Below, in pieces: positions 54,472-61,205 of a stretch of DNA of 64,000 nucleotides. Position 1 is the first letter of the stretch. Each line of letters starts with the position of its first letter. Source of the DNA: a virus. The stretch is taken from IMG/VR virus record IMGVR_UViG_3300037095_000059, one strand, 5' to 3'. The notes under the pieces were generated by a model, which was not told where the DNA came from, made no database searches, and worked only from the letters and a program-made list of their open reading frames with translations. A program made the position numbers and the translations under genes.

Positions 54472-56058
54472 AACTACGCCTGTTTCCGCTGCCGTGAATG
54501 TGATCGTGAACCCCGTCTTGCTGATGGCGCTGATGTAGGGAATGGCCGTCGCATTATCCGGTGTCACCACACAGAATGCCGCGTTCGTCCAGCCGGAGTT
54601 GGCAAAGGTGATATTCACACTTGTAGCTGCGCTCAGGCCAGTGATCTCTCCGCCCATGTTGCTGCTGTAAGCGGCTACGCTTCCTGCTGAGGCTGTTGGG
54701 GCTGTGGCTGTGAGCGATATTGTGCCCCCACCTTTGATCCTAAAAGCCTCTCCCAGTGTGCCATTCAATACAGTTCGGAAAACTAAATCCGCACTCAGAG
54801 TTGCTTGACGGTAATCAGTAGTTGTGGCAGAGACTTCTCCTTGTACGGTAGAATTCTGTGTGGAAGTTGGAAGCATGAAACTAAACCCAGCCTTACTTCC
54901 GTTTGCGTTTGCGTCCGCTCCTGCATATGCTTCAACTGGAATCATCAACGAGCTGTTGAAGCCGCCCGTGGTAGACTGAAAGGTTATGCCATTACCATTA
55001 CTCTGTATAAGAATGCCAGAGCTACCATTTATCTCAAAACGATTATCGCCGCCCCCAGCTATACTTATACTTCCACTATGGGTACTATTATCGGTAACTG
55101 AGAATGCTGGTATACCCATATTCAGTGGTACAGTGGAGGCAAAAGTTGTTGCGTTGACATACCCCGTTGTATTCGCGGTAGGATACGCCCCACCTGCCGG
55201 GTAGCTTGCCGCTGCTGTGTAGGTAGTAGCCGCCGCGTTCTGCTGGAAGCTCGTTCCGGTCGCTACTGAGTAGTAAGCGAACGATCCGGTATTCTTCATC
55301 CAAATGTAGCCCGTCGTGCAGCCACTCGGCAGCGTATAGCTCCAGACGATGTAGCTTGAGCCGCCGGTTGTAGTGACGTTGGCGGATGCAACGCCGAGCG
55401 TTGTGTTTGCTCCGCTAGAATCAATGCACGTTACCGCAGCTTCGTTCGTGGTGCTTGCGCCTACAGACTGGCCGGAGTTTGTCGCTACGCCTGTTGGCGC
55501 TGCTGCGTTGGCAACTGTGCTCAGCGTCAGGCCGGTCATGGACTGATTCTCTGTAAACGTGTTGGCAATCCCCGTTCCTGCCGCGCCTAGACTTGTCAAT
55601 GCCGCCGCAGCCGTAGTTGCACCTGTGCCGCCCGACGCCGGAAGCAATGGCGATCCAAGCGTCTCACTGCCAGCCGCGATGGTACCTGGGAAAGTGGCCG
55701 TACCACTAGCCCCGATGGCCCCTGTCTGCGTTGCGCCAAGGTTGACTTGAGCGCCGATACTCGCTGGCGTCGCCGAGATCACGCCTGCTGTATTGAGTAT
55801 CGTAGTCCCATCCGGCATCACGCCGCCCAGTACACTGCTGGTTGCCGTGGGCAGTGAGTAACTTGTTGCTGCCCAGGTGCCGTTATTGCAAGTATACACA
55901 ACCCCTGTAGAGATCACAACTTCAATAGGGGGAGAAGCGGGGCACGCTCCCGAGGGGGCGACTGGGACATAGATAACTTGGTTGTTCACCGGCAGTTGTG
56001 CCGAGGCTGTCCAGGTAATGGACAACATGAGCGCGGCGAGAAAAAGGAGTTTCTTCAT
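54448..56058 (-). CDS. fibre-like protein with an N-terminal signal peptide (536 aa)
   Basis: MKKLLFLAALMLSITWTASAQ. Shares 84-, 53- and 68-bp identical cassettes and the ...FYHCDGN C-terminus with 30989..33973. Confidence 0.55.
   Translation of the reverse strand: MKKLLFLAALMLSITWTASAQLPVNNQVIYVPVAPSGACPASPPIEVVISTGVVYTCNNGTWAATSYSLPTATSSVLGGVMPDGTTILNTAGVISATPASIGAQVNLGATQTGAIGASGTATFPGTIAAGSETLGSPLLPASGGTGATTAAAALTSLGAAGTGIANTFTENQSMTGLTLSTVANAAAPTGVATNSGQSVGASTTNEAAVTCIDSSGANTTLGVASANVTTTGGSSYIVWSYTLPSGCTTGYIWMKNTGSFAYYSVATGTSFQQNAAATTYTAAASYPAGGAYPTANTTGYVNATTFASTVPLNMGIPAFSVTDNSTHSGSISIAGGGDNRFEINGSSGILIQSNGNGITFQSTTGGFNSSLMIPVEAYAGADANANGSKAGFSFMLPTSTQNSTVQGEVSATTTDYRQATLSADLVFRTVLNGTLGEAFRIKGGGTISLTATAPTASAGSVAAYSSNMGGEITGLSAATSVNITFANSGWTNAAFCVVTPDNATAIPYISAISKTGFTITFTAAETGVVFYHCDGN
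55622..55674. repeat. 53-bp exact repeat (copy 2)
   Basis: Identical to 31767..31819. Confidence 0.9.
55685..55768. repeat. 84-bp exact repeat (copy 2)
   Basis: Identical to 33402..33485. Confidence 0.9.
56009..56023. repeat. 15-bp motif copy, F: gtccaggtaatggac
   Basis: Inside the signal-peptide coding region of 54448..56058. Read as LSITWT. Confidence 0.9.
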
Positions 56059-56062
56059 TTAA

Positions 56063-56383
56063 TTAGACCGTCCACCAAATCCAGAGTTTTGTTCCCGTTG
56101 CCGTCAGTCCCGTTACAGCAAAGTCGCGCCAAGTCAAAGCACCTGTTGTATCAGTCGGGCTGTCGAGAAACAATTCCGTATTGGCGGCTGTTGAAGCTGC
56201 AACTGACATTACGGGATATAGCGGAGCACTATCAGAGGGTGCGGTAATCGCTACCGTTCCTACACTGGCCGCGCTCGCCCCGACAATGAGTAGAAGTTTT
56301 TGGACCCGGATTCCCGTGGTGTAGCCAGCACCGGAAACAACTGCGCTGTTTCGCCAGGTTGTAATGTCAGAATCCAAAATCAT
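56063..56383 (-). CDS. fibre-associated small protein (106 aa)
   Basis: ATG 56383. T/A/S-rich, in the same style as 26142 and 33986. Confidence 0.4.
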   Translation of the reverse strand: MILDSDITTWRNSAVVSGAGYTTGIRVQKLLLIVGASAASVGTVAITAPSDSAPLYPVMSVAASTAANTELFLDSPTDTTGALTWRDFAVTGLTATGTKLWIWWTV

Positions 56384-56403
56384 TGGTTGTGTTGTAAGTG
56401 AGT

Positions 56404-56685
56404 TCAAAGAATTACTCCTTGTACGGAAGAAGCAAGTTTCGCGCCCCGCCCGTTGCTTCCATATTTCTCGCGCCGTTTTACCCAAGACGCAGTAACAGCT
56501 TCGCTGACGTTGGCTCTATGATTTTCAGACAAAGGCTTGCCCAATTTAGCGATCCGTTGCTTTTCTTTGGTTTCGGAAGATCGAAACTTGCCTTTGCCTA
56601 CGTAATACGGAGAACCCTCTTCGCCGTACTCCGAAGATTTAGAACGTAAATAAGCATAGACATAGTAGCCGGTCTTCTTGCTCAT
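56404..56685 (-). CDS. short GIY-YIG-like protein (possibly truncated homing endonuclease)
   Basis: YYVYAYLR...GSPYYVGKGK GIY-YIG start plus one NUMOD3-like GKPLSENHRANVSEA. Only 93 aa. Confidence 0.5.
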   Translation of the reverse strand: MSKKTGYYVYAYLRSKSSEYGEEGSPYYVGKGKFRSSETKEKQRIAKLGKPLSENHRANVSEAVTASWVKRREKYGSNGRGAKLASSVQGVIL

Positions 56686-56694
56686 TAGGTTCCT

Positions 56695-56913
56695 TTACAA
56701 CTTGAAGTGTTTTCTGATTAGAACTTTGATAGCAGCAACCTGCGCCTGGTAGTAAACCTTTATTGATTTTTCTGCGGCGTCTCGGGCAACCAATGAATCG
56801 CCCAAGAATTCTTTCAGGTCCTTTTCGATTTCCTTGATCCACAACTGCCGATCAGCAGCGAAAATCACCGTCAAGACGAAAACCACAACGAGTACCCAAA
56901 GCATGGCTTCCAT
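56695..56913 (-). CDS. small membrane protein
   Basis: N-terminal TM segment MLWVLVVVFVLTVIFAA. Confidence 0.4.
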   Translation of the reverse strand: MEAMLWVLVVVFVLTVIFAADRQLWIKEIEKDLKEFLGDSLVARDAAEKSIKVYYQAQVAAIKVLIRKHFKL

Positions 56914-56959
56914 ATTGATCTCCTTGTAGGGGCCCGAAGGCCCCCATAAGTTGTTGATT

Positions 56960-57592
56960 TTATATCCGGTTAATGCAAAACTCCTTGAAGTTGATTGTCG
57001 TCGTAGCTGCGGACGCCAACGTGAAGGACGGAATGAAGTTCAGGTCGGTAACGGCAACGGAAGTGGCGTTGGCATTTGCCGCGTTGGAAATCAACACACC
57101 GTTCTGATACTGAGAAGTTCCAGCCCAAGACAGAATCTTGGTAAGACTGTCCCACAGGAACTGGGTCTTCATCACGTAGTTGACAGTAACGCTCGAAGTC
57201 AGGTTCGCGGTCGCCGTGCCCGTAACAACCTTGGTACAGCCCGTGCTGAGAGTACCCAGGGTGTATCCCGTGGCTGCTGGGCCGCCCGCGAATGTCGATG
57301 CCTTGGCATTGTACAGGTTAACCAACAGGTTGGTTGTCGCCGTGCTTGACGCGGTGAAAGCCAGAACAACCTCGAACAGATGACCGTCGAAAGCGCCGCC
57401 CGCGATGTCAGACGAAACACCAACATATACGCCGGACGGGTAGGTCGAAGTCGAAAGCGGAAATTCGGGGGAAGGGAAGTAGGGAGATACTCCAGCGGCG
57501 GTGGGGGCGAGAAGCGGAGTTTCGGAGGTTACCGCGATCACCTGCGAGTAGTTAAAATTGGGGAAGCCTGCAACTGTGTCTTGACGAGCCAT
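56960..57592 (-). CDS. structural protein, paralog of 38635..39372
   Basis: ATG 57592 (MARQDTVAGFPNF...). The ORF-track N-terminal extension is not supported. Confidence 0.5.
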   Translation of the reverse strand: MARQDTVAGFPNFNYSQVIAVTSETPLLAPTAAGVSPYFPSPEFPLSTSTYPSGVYVGVSSDIAGGAFDGHLFEVVLAFTASSTATTNLLVNLYNAKASTFAGGPAATGYTLGTLSTGCTKVVTGTATANLTSSVTVNYVMKTQFLWDSLTKILSWAGTSQYQNGVLISNAANANATSVAVTDLNFIPSFTLASAATTTINFKEFCINRI

Positions 57593-57611
57593 GATGTTTG
57601 TCCTTTGGAGG

Positions 57612-57860
57612 CTAAAGAGCCTCGATTGTGATCTTGAGTTTTCCGATGGAAGGAAGAACGGGATGTCCGGGAGGAGTGGTAAAGTGGAGGGAAATAGGAT
57701 ACGGAATTTCTGATTTCCAAATCCCTTCGGCTTTGATCTCCCAAACCTCTTCAGTTTTCTCGTTCCAATAAGGCAATGCCTTTTTGGGGGGCTTGGGGAA
57801 TCGGCCAACCACACAACTCTTCACGCGCAGTTCCGCGACGATTTTGGATTCATCTGTCAT
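57612..57860 (-). CDS. hypothetical protein
   Basis: 82-aa ORF lying between the HNH gene and the structural paralog. Confidence 0.4.
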   Translation of the reverse strand: MTDESKIVAELRVKSCVVGRFPKPPKKALPYWNEKTEEVWEIKAEGIWKSEIPYPISLHFTTPPGHPVLPSIGKLKITIEAL

Positions 57861-57903
57861 TTTTGGCTCTCTGGGATTCCGGCGCTCTGGCTCGGATCGG
57901 CGA

Positions 57904-58554
57904 TTAGTCCATTACCCGGACTAAAACTTTTTGTTTCTTCTTTGGTCTCCTCGAAGGAGCTTTCTTTCTGCAATCAATACATTGACCTTGCAGCCCGTTC
58001 CAACGAGAAGCATTTCTTTCGAAACTAGAAAGGGAGATAAAACTTTTGTGTGTGCTACACCAGGAGGTTCCTTCTGGACCCACTTTTCTAATGTTTCTGG
58101 GGGCTCTTTTTGGCTTCTCCGGAAGAGGAGGAAGCTCGGCACCTACCATTTGGAAAAGCTCTTGCCAGACTTCTCTGTCGTACCATTTCTTTCGGGCGGA
58201 GAAAATATCCCAGAGTTCGGATAGGGTCAGCGTCGGCTCGTCTTTTTCCAAACGAGAAATGGTTCTTATTCTGTGGCAATTGGCACAAACTAATTCGCAC
58301 TTTTTAAGCTCAGAAACCAGAGCCGCAGGAGTGCAGCGCCTGACTATTGAGGCTATATTCATAACTTTGTCCCCGTCGATGTGGTCAAAATCCATAGCAC
58401 AAGAGGGGAATTTTCCCCCACAATCCAGGCAGGGTCTGTTTTTCAAAAGGACCAAAAGGGCTTCAAAAACCCTTTTATACTGTTTATTCTTTTGTAAATA
58501 GTCCTCTTTGTTTTCCTCGTAGTGGGCGCGATGATAGGCGGGGTCAGAGGGCAT
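57904..58554 (-). CDS. HNH endonuclease
   Basis: CLDCGG...DFDHIDGDK...CANCHRIRT. ATG 58554 chosen because the longer ORF runs through two tRNA genes. Ends VRVMD inside motif copy 57907. Confidence 0.7.
   Translation of the reverse strand: MPSDPAYHRAHYEENKEDYLQKNKQYKRVFEALLVLLKNRPCLDCGGKFPSCAMDFDHIDGDKVMNIASIVRRCTPAALVSELKKCELVCANCHRIRTISRLEKDEPTLTLSELWDIFSARKKWYDREVWQELFQMVGAELPPLPEKPKRAPRNIRKVGPEGTSWCSTHKSFISLSSFERNASRWNGLQGQCIDCRKKAPSRRPKKKQKVLVRVMD
57907..57921. repeat. 15-bp motif copy, R: gtccattacccggac
   Basis: Last five codons (VRVMD) of the HNH gene 57904..58554. Confidence 0.9.
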
Positions 58555-58566
58555 ACTTCTCCAGAA

Positions 58567-58648
58567 TGGAGCGGAAGACGGGATTCGAACCCGCATGTCA
58601 AAGACAGTTGCTTGGAAGGCAACGGCTCTACCACTGAGCGACTTCCGC
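58567..58648 (-). tRNA. tRNA-Gly(UCC) with an extra variable-region hairpin
   Basis: Anticodon arm GUUGC-CUUCCAA-GCAAC. T-loop UUCGAAU. CCA encoded. 12-nt variable region UGUC-UUU-GACA. Confidence 0.75.
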
Positions 58649-58656
58649 ATGAAACT

Positions 58657-58730
58657 TGGTAGGCGACTGTGGAATCTAACCACAATGACACCCCTATCGA
58701 GGGTGCGTCCTAACATTGGACGAGTCGCCC
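58657..58730 (-). tRNA. tRNA-Ile(GAU)
   Basis: CACCC-UCGAUAG-GGGUG (C at position 33). CCA encoded. Confidence 0.7.
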
Positions 58731-58735
58731 GTAAA

Positions 58736-58811
58736 TGGTGTGGTCGGCAGGACTCGAACCTGCGGTGAACTGGGTGTAGGCCAGCCGATTTAGCCGCTAA
58801 TCTACGACCAC
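58736..58811 (-). tRNA. tRNA-Val(UAC)
   Basis: GCUGG-CCUACAC-CCAGU (C33). T-loop UUCGAGU. CCA encoded. Confidence 0.7.
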
Positions 58812-58816
58812 AGAAA

Positions 58817-58891
58817 TGGGGCGCGTAGCCGGAATCGAGCCGACATTCTGACCTTCGGAGGGTCGAGTTCTGTCCGTTGAACTATACGCGC
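58817..58891 (-). tRNA. tRNA-Arg(CCG)
   Basis: Anticodon loop CUCCGAA. Acceptor GCGCGUA/UACGCGC. CCA encoded. Confidence 0.75.
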
Positions 58892-58895
58892 AAAC

Positions 58896-58971
58896 TGGAA
58901 CCGACCACGGGACTTCAACCCGCATCAACTTCGTTAGGACCGAAGGGCTCTGTGCATTGAGCTAAGTCGGC
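58896..58971 (-). tRNA. tRNA-Arg(CCU)
   Basis: CUUCG-GUCCUAA-CGAAG. CCA encoded. Confidence 0.75.
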
Positions 58972-58975
58972 GAAA

Positions 58976-59050
58976 TGGAAACCCCATCCGGAGTCAAACC
59001 GGAATCTAACGAATAGAAGCCGTTGCTCTCTTCCCTTGAGCTATGGGGTC
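58976..59050 (-). tRNA. tRNA-Arg(UCU)
   Basis: AACGG-CUUCUAU-UCGUU. CCA encoded. Confidence 0.7.
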
Positions 59051-59056
59051 AAAATT

Positions 59057-59132
59057 TGGTGCCTCGCCAGGGAATTGAACCCTGTCCAATCGGCTTAAAA
59101 GGCCGTTATGCCAGCCATCACACTCACGAGGC
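59057..59132 (-). tRNA. tRNA-Lys(UUU)
   Basis: CGGC-CUUUUAA-GCCG. T-loop UUCAAUU. CCA encoded. Confidence 0.7.
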
Positions 59133-59180
59133 AACGTTTGTCGTCCTCGGATTTTCGACTTGTCATAACGTCCTCCAAAA

Positions 59181-59257
59181 TGGTGGGTCGCCAGGAACTC
59201 GAATCCTGCTCTGTCGGGTAAGAACCGACTGCTTCAAACCATCAAAGCTTGCAACCC
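59181..59257 (-). tRNA. tRNA-Lys(CUU)
   Basis: GUCGG-UUCUUAC-CCGAC. T-loop UUCGAGU. CCA encoded. Confidence 0.8.
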
Positions 59258-59258
59258 G

Positions 59259-59352
59259 TGGTAGGCGACCAGGGGGTCGAACCCTGCCGTTGCGCTATTC
59301 GAGGCGCTCTCCCGGGGATATAAAGCCCAGCCGCACACCGATGCTATCGCCC
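59259..59352 (-). tRNA. class II (long variable arm) tRNA-like gene with an enlarged anticodon loop; identity unresolved
   Basis: Good acceptor, T arm (CAGGG-UUCGACC-CCCUG) and variable arm (GCGC..GCGC). The anticodon stem closes an 8-9 nt loop CUUUAUAU(C). Confidence 0.5.
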
Positions 59353-59718
59353 AAAACTTTTGTCCATTAACCGGACAATATCCTTCTTCAACTGTGCAAC
59401 CTTCGCGGGCGGCATGTACAACTCGCCCTTCTTGACCAAGGCTATTCCTCCCTTTTTCACCGTGCCGCCTTTGTGAAAAGTAGCGGGAGACGCTTTGCTA
59501 AAATTGGGAGTCGGCAGGCTCGGGGTGTAGCTGGGGCCCGGGGCTTGCCTTGTATTCGCTTGTAGATCGTCTGTTGTTGCTGCGCGAGCAGCGGCGTTCT
59601 TGGCTTCAGCGGCCTGCATAGCAGAGCCCACGGCCCCGACGGCGGACCCTACTTTCTGCTTAGTGGTCTGCGGTGTTTTGGAGTCCGGTTTGTCGGTGCC
59701 TACCATTGCGTTTGCCAC
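59344..59718 (-). CDS. hypothetical protein embedded in the tRNA array
   Basis: 124-aa ORF with an A/T/K-rich N-terminus. C-terminus VRLMDKSFGR is read through motif copy 59362. The stop lies inside the adjacent tRNA-like gene. Confidence 0.4.
   Translation of the reverse strand: MANAMVGTDKPDSKTPQTTKQKVGSAVGAVGSAMQAAEAKNAAARAATTDDLQANTRQAPGPSYTPSLPTPNFSKASPATFHKGGTVKKGGIALVKKGELYMPPAKVAQLKKDIVRLMDKSFGR
59362..59376. repeat. 15-bp motif copy, R: gtccattaaccggac
   Basis: Near the C-terminus of 59344..59718 (VRLMD), 10 nt from a tRNA-like gene. Confidence 0.9.
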
Positions 59719-59738
59719 GTATTCTCCTTGTGTTGTCT

Positions 59739-59812
59739 TGGTGCCGCACGAGCTAATCGAAAGCTAACTCCGAAGTCCTTATGAGAGACTCGTCCAACCT
59801 TTGGTGCGCGGC
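59739..59812 (-). tRNA. tRNA-Met(CAU)-type (Met, fMet or Ile2 not distinguished); reduced D arm
   Basis: AGUCU-CUCAUAA-GGACU. D arm CCAA-AGG-UUGG. CCA encoded. Confidence 0.6.
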
Positions 59813-59858
59813 TTACGCAAACTGCGTACATTTGTACTCAAAACGAGTACATTCAAAA

Positions 59859-59933
59859 TGGCAGGAGATGTAGGATTTTAACCTACAAGTTCCGTTTTGG
59901 AGACGGACAGTTTGACATTGAGCTTAATCTCCC
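59859..59933 (-). tRNA. tRNA-Trp(CCA)
   Basis: UCCGU-CUCCAAA-ACGGA. CCA encoded. Confidence 0.75.
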
Positions 59934-59940
59934 GTAAAAC

Positions 59941-60015
59941 TGGTGCCCGGTAGAGGAGTCTAACCTCTGTCTCGAAGTTCGTAGCTTCGTGTCTTATACG
60001 TTATACGAACCGGAC
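59941..60015 (-). tRNA. tRNA-Arg(ACG)
   Basis: CGAAG-CUACGAA-CUUCG. CCA encoded. Confidence 0.75.
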
Positions 60016-60086
60016 TCAGCGCGAATCGAATCGAACGATTTCCACGAGCATCCGAGGCTCGGAGGCGACCACTACCCCACGCACTG
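60016..60086 (-). tRNA. tRNA-Pro(CGG)
   Basis: C1-G72 acceptor pair. CGAGC-CUCGGAU-GCUCG. T-loop UUCGAUU. No CCA encoded. Confidence 0.7.
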
Positions 60087-60093
60087 CTTAATA

Positions 60094-60169
60094 TGGTCAG
60101 CGGGCCGGGCTCCGCTTCCGGGACACGTGCTTCCGGAGCACGGAGGTTACTAGGCTACACTACCCACTG
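60094..60169 (-). tRNA. tRNA-Pro(CGG)-like, atypical T-loop
   Basis: C1-G72. CGUGC-UCCGGAA-GCACG (C33). T-loop AGCGGAG. CCA encoded. Confidence 0.5.
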
Positions 60170-60175
60170 ATAAAT

Positions 60176-60249
60176 TGGTCTGGGAGGGGAATTATGCTAT
60201 CCCGACACAAGCTTCCAGAGCTTGGATGTTTCTTCTACACTACTCCCAG
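60176..60249 (-). tRNA. tRNA-Pro(UGG), atypical T-loop
   Basis: C1-G72. CAAGC-UCUGGAA-GCUUG (C33). T-loop AGCAUAA. CCA encoded. Confidence 0.55.
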
Positions 60250-60250
60250 G

Positions 60251-60327
60251 TGGTCAGGGCGGTGGGAAATCGAACCCACTCCACAAGTCTCCCAGACTTG
60301 GATGCACAACCTCTACACTACACCCTG
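60251..60327 (-). tRNA. tRNA-Pro(GGG)
   Basis: C1-G72. CAAGU-CUGGGAG-ACUUG. CCA encoded. Confidence 0.7.
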
Positions 60328-60335
60328 ATAAAACA

Positions 60336-60413
60336 TGGTGCGGATTCAGCGAATCGAACGCTGTTCTTTCGCTCTTCAGGCGAACGCTAAATCACCAGAC
60401 TAGCTCAATCCGC
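60336..60413 (-). tRNA. tRNA-Phe(GAA)
   Basis: UUCGC-CUGAAGA-GCGAA. T arm CAGCG-UUCGAUU-CGCUG. CCA encoded. Confidence 0.8.
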
Positions 60414-60505
60414 AAAACTGTGCGTGGTCTCTCCCCGCCGTCACTCCACTCAGCCCCAGGCGATCAACGGGAGACTGCTGCCGCAGGTGTCGCGGTTCTC
60501 AGCTT

Positions 60506-60569
60506 TGGTGGACCAGGAGGGGCTTGATTCCTCGCGCAGACGCTTGCATCCATCTGAAAGTACTGGCCC
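60506..60569 (-). ncRNA. 64-nt tRNA-like element lacking a D arm (CCA-ended)
   Basis: Acceptor GGGCCAG/CUGGUCC, T-arm-like GAGGA-AUCAAGC-CCCUC, central CAGAUG-GAUGCAAG-CGUCUG hairpin, ACCA end. Confidence 0.35.
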
Positions 60570-60581
60570 ATTGTTAAACCA

Positions 60582-60806
60582 CTACCAAATATCCCATGCC
60601 ACAGTCTTTTTCACAGCAGGCATTTCTTTCTCCTGCGCGACTGCTGCCGTTGCAGCACGTCGATACTTGCGATTCCTGATCTTTGCCCAGGATTTACGCC
60701 CCGGCCATGCTCCACCATAAGCGCCAGGATAACCACAGAGTTTGCGCCACGCCTCACGAGTCGCTTCCTGTATCTTCCAAGGCATCGTGTTAATCGTTCG
60801 GGACAC
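60582..60806 (-). CDS. small basic W/R-rich protein embedded in the tRNA array
   Basis: 74-aa ORF. GTG start 7 nt after GAGGAG. Confidence 0.4.
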   Translation of the reverse strand: MSRTINTMPWKIQEATREAWRKLCGYPGAYGGAWPGRKSWAKIRNRKYRRAATAAVAQEKEMPAVKKTVAWDIW

Positions 60807-60823
60807 AACTTACTCCTCAAACT

Positions 60824-60879
60824 TGGTGGAGCCTGTTGTCAGCCACCGGATCGCGCCCGGCCCCATGATGGTTTACATT
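60824..60879 (-). ncRNA. CCA-ended hairpin or minihelix (tRNA remnant?)
   Basis: GGGGCC...GGCUCC-ACCA acceptor-like pairing enclosing CCGG-GCGCGAU-CCGG. No full cloverleaf. Confidence 0.3.
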
Positions 60880-60954
60880 TGGTGGAAAAGAGGAGAATCG
60901 AACTCCTACCTACTGGGTGCAGACCAGTCGTGCTCCCATTACCACTACTTCCCC
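60880..60954 (-). tRNA. tRNA-Ala(UGC)
   Basis: G3.U70 wobble present. ACUGG-UCUGCAC-CCAGU (C33). T-loop UUCGAUU. CCA encoded. Confidence 0.75.
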
Positions 60955-60991
60955 ACATTTCAAACTTACGCCGAGGTCCTACCTTAGATGA

Positions 60992-61129
60992 TGGTGCGGA
61001 ACTCACCGCATATTCCAGGGAGAGTCGAACTCCCGTTTCTCGGCGCTTCTCGCCAGACGCTTTACCCAAAGCTACTAGGTGGTTTTACCCGGGCCTAGTC
61101 CGGACTCGAACCGGATTCTTCTGGCTGCT
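60992..61129 (-). ncRNA. composite of tRNA-like fragments (two T arms, one D arm, CCA-ended hairpin); no intact cloverleaf found
   Basis: UCCGG-UUCGAGU-CCGGA and GGGAG-UUCGACU-CUCCC T arms, GCUU-UGGGUA-AAGC D arm, 3' GCGG-UGAGUU-CCGC-ACCA. Confidence 0.35.
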
Positions 61130-61205
61130 TGGAGGGAAGGGGACGAGTTGAACGTCCTAGAGAGTGGATTCACAGACCACCGCCGCACCGTTTGGCTTCC
61201 GACCC
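61130..61205 (-). tRNA. tRNA-His(GUG)-like (two acceptor-stem mismatches)
   Basis: GUGGU-CUGUGAA-UCCAC. T arm GGACG-UUCAACU-CGUCC. CCA encoded. Confidence 0.55.

Noticed and set aside
30945-55768. The repeated cassettes in the two fibre genes could be a diversity-generating retroelement (template and variable repeat).
   Set aside because: The repeats are 100 percent identical, with no adenine-specific differences. No reverse transcriptase or Avd-like gene is present in the window.
12706-58501. Many plus-strand ORFs of 60-240 aa in the ORF track lie antisense to the long minus-strand genes. Examples are 14607..15221, 16530..17249, 20353..21312 and 35761..36378.
   Set aside because: They lie entirely within much longer, tightly packed minus-strand ORFs and lack RBSs. 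Their R/S/G/P-rich, Cys-scattered composition is typical of shadow frames in GC-rich coding DNA.
57904-58716. The long versions of ORFs 57904..58716 and 56960..57814 given in the ORF track.
   Set aside because: The N-terminal extensions run through two tRNA genes (58567-58730) or through the upstream gene's spacer. Internal ATGs at 58554 and 57592 give sensible proteins with upstream RBS-like sequence.
59259-59352. The suppressor-like tRNA could indicate genome-wide stop-codon reassignment.
   Set aside because: All large genes (3043, 1018, 994, 694 and 678 aa) are uninterrupted in the standard code. Gene ends coincide with normal TAA, TAG and TGA stops followed by RBS and start of the next gene.
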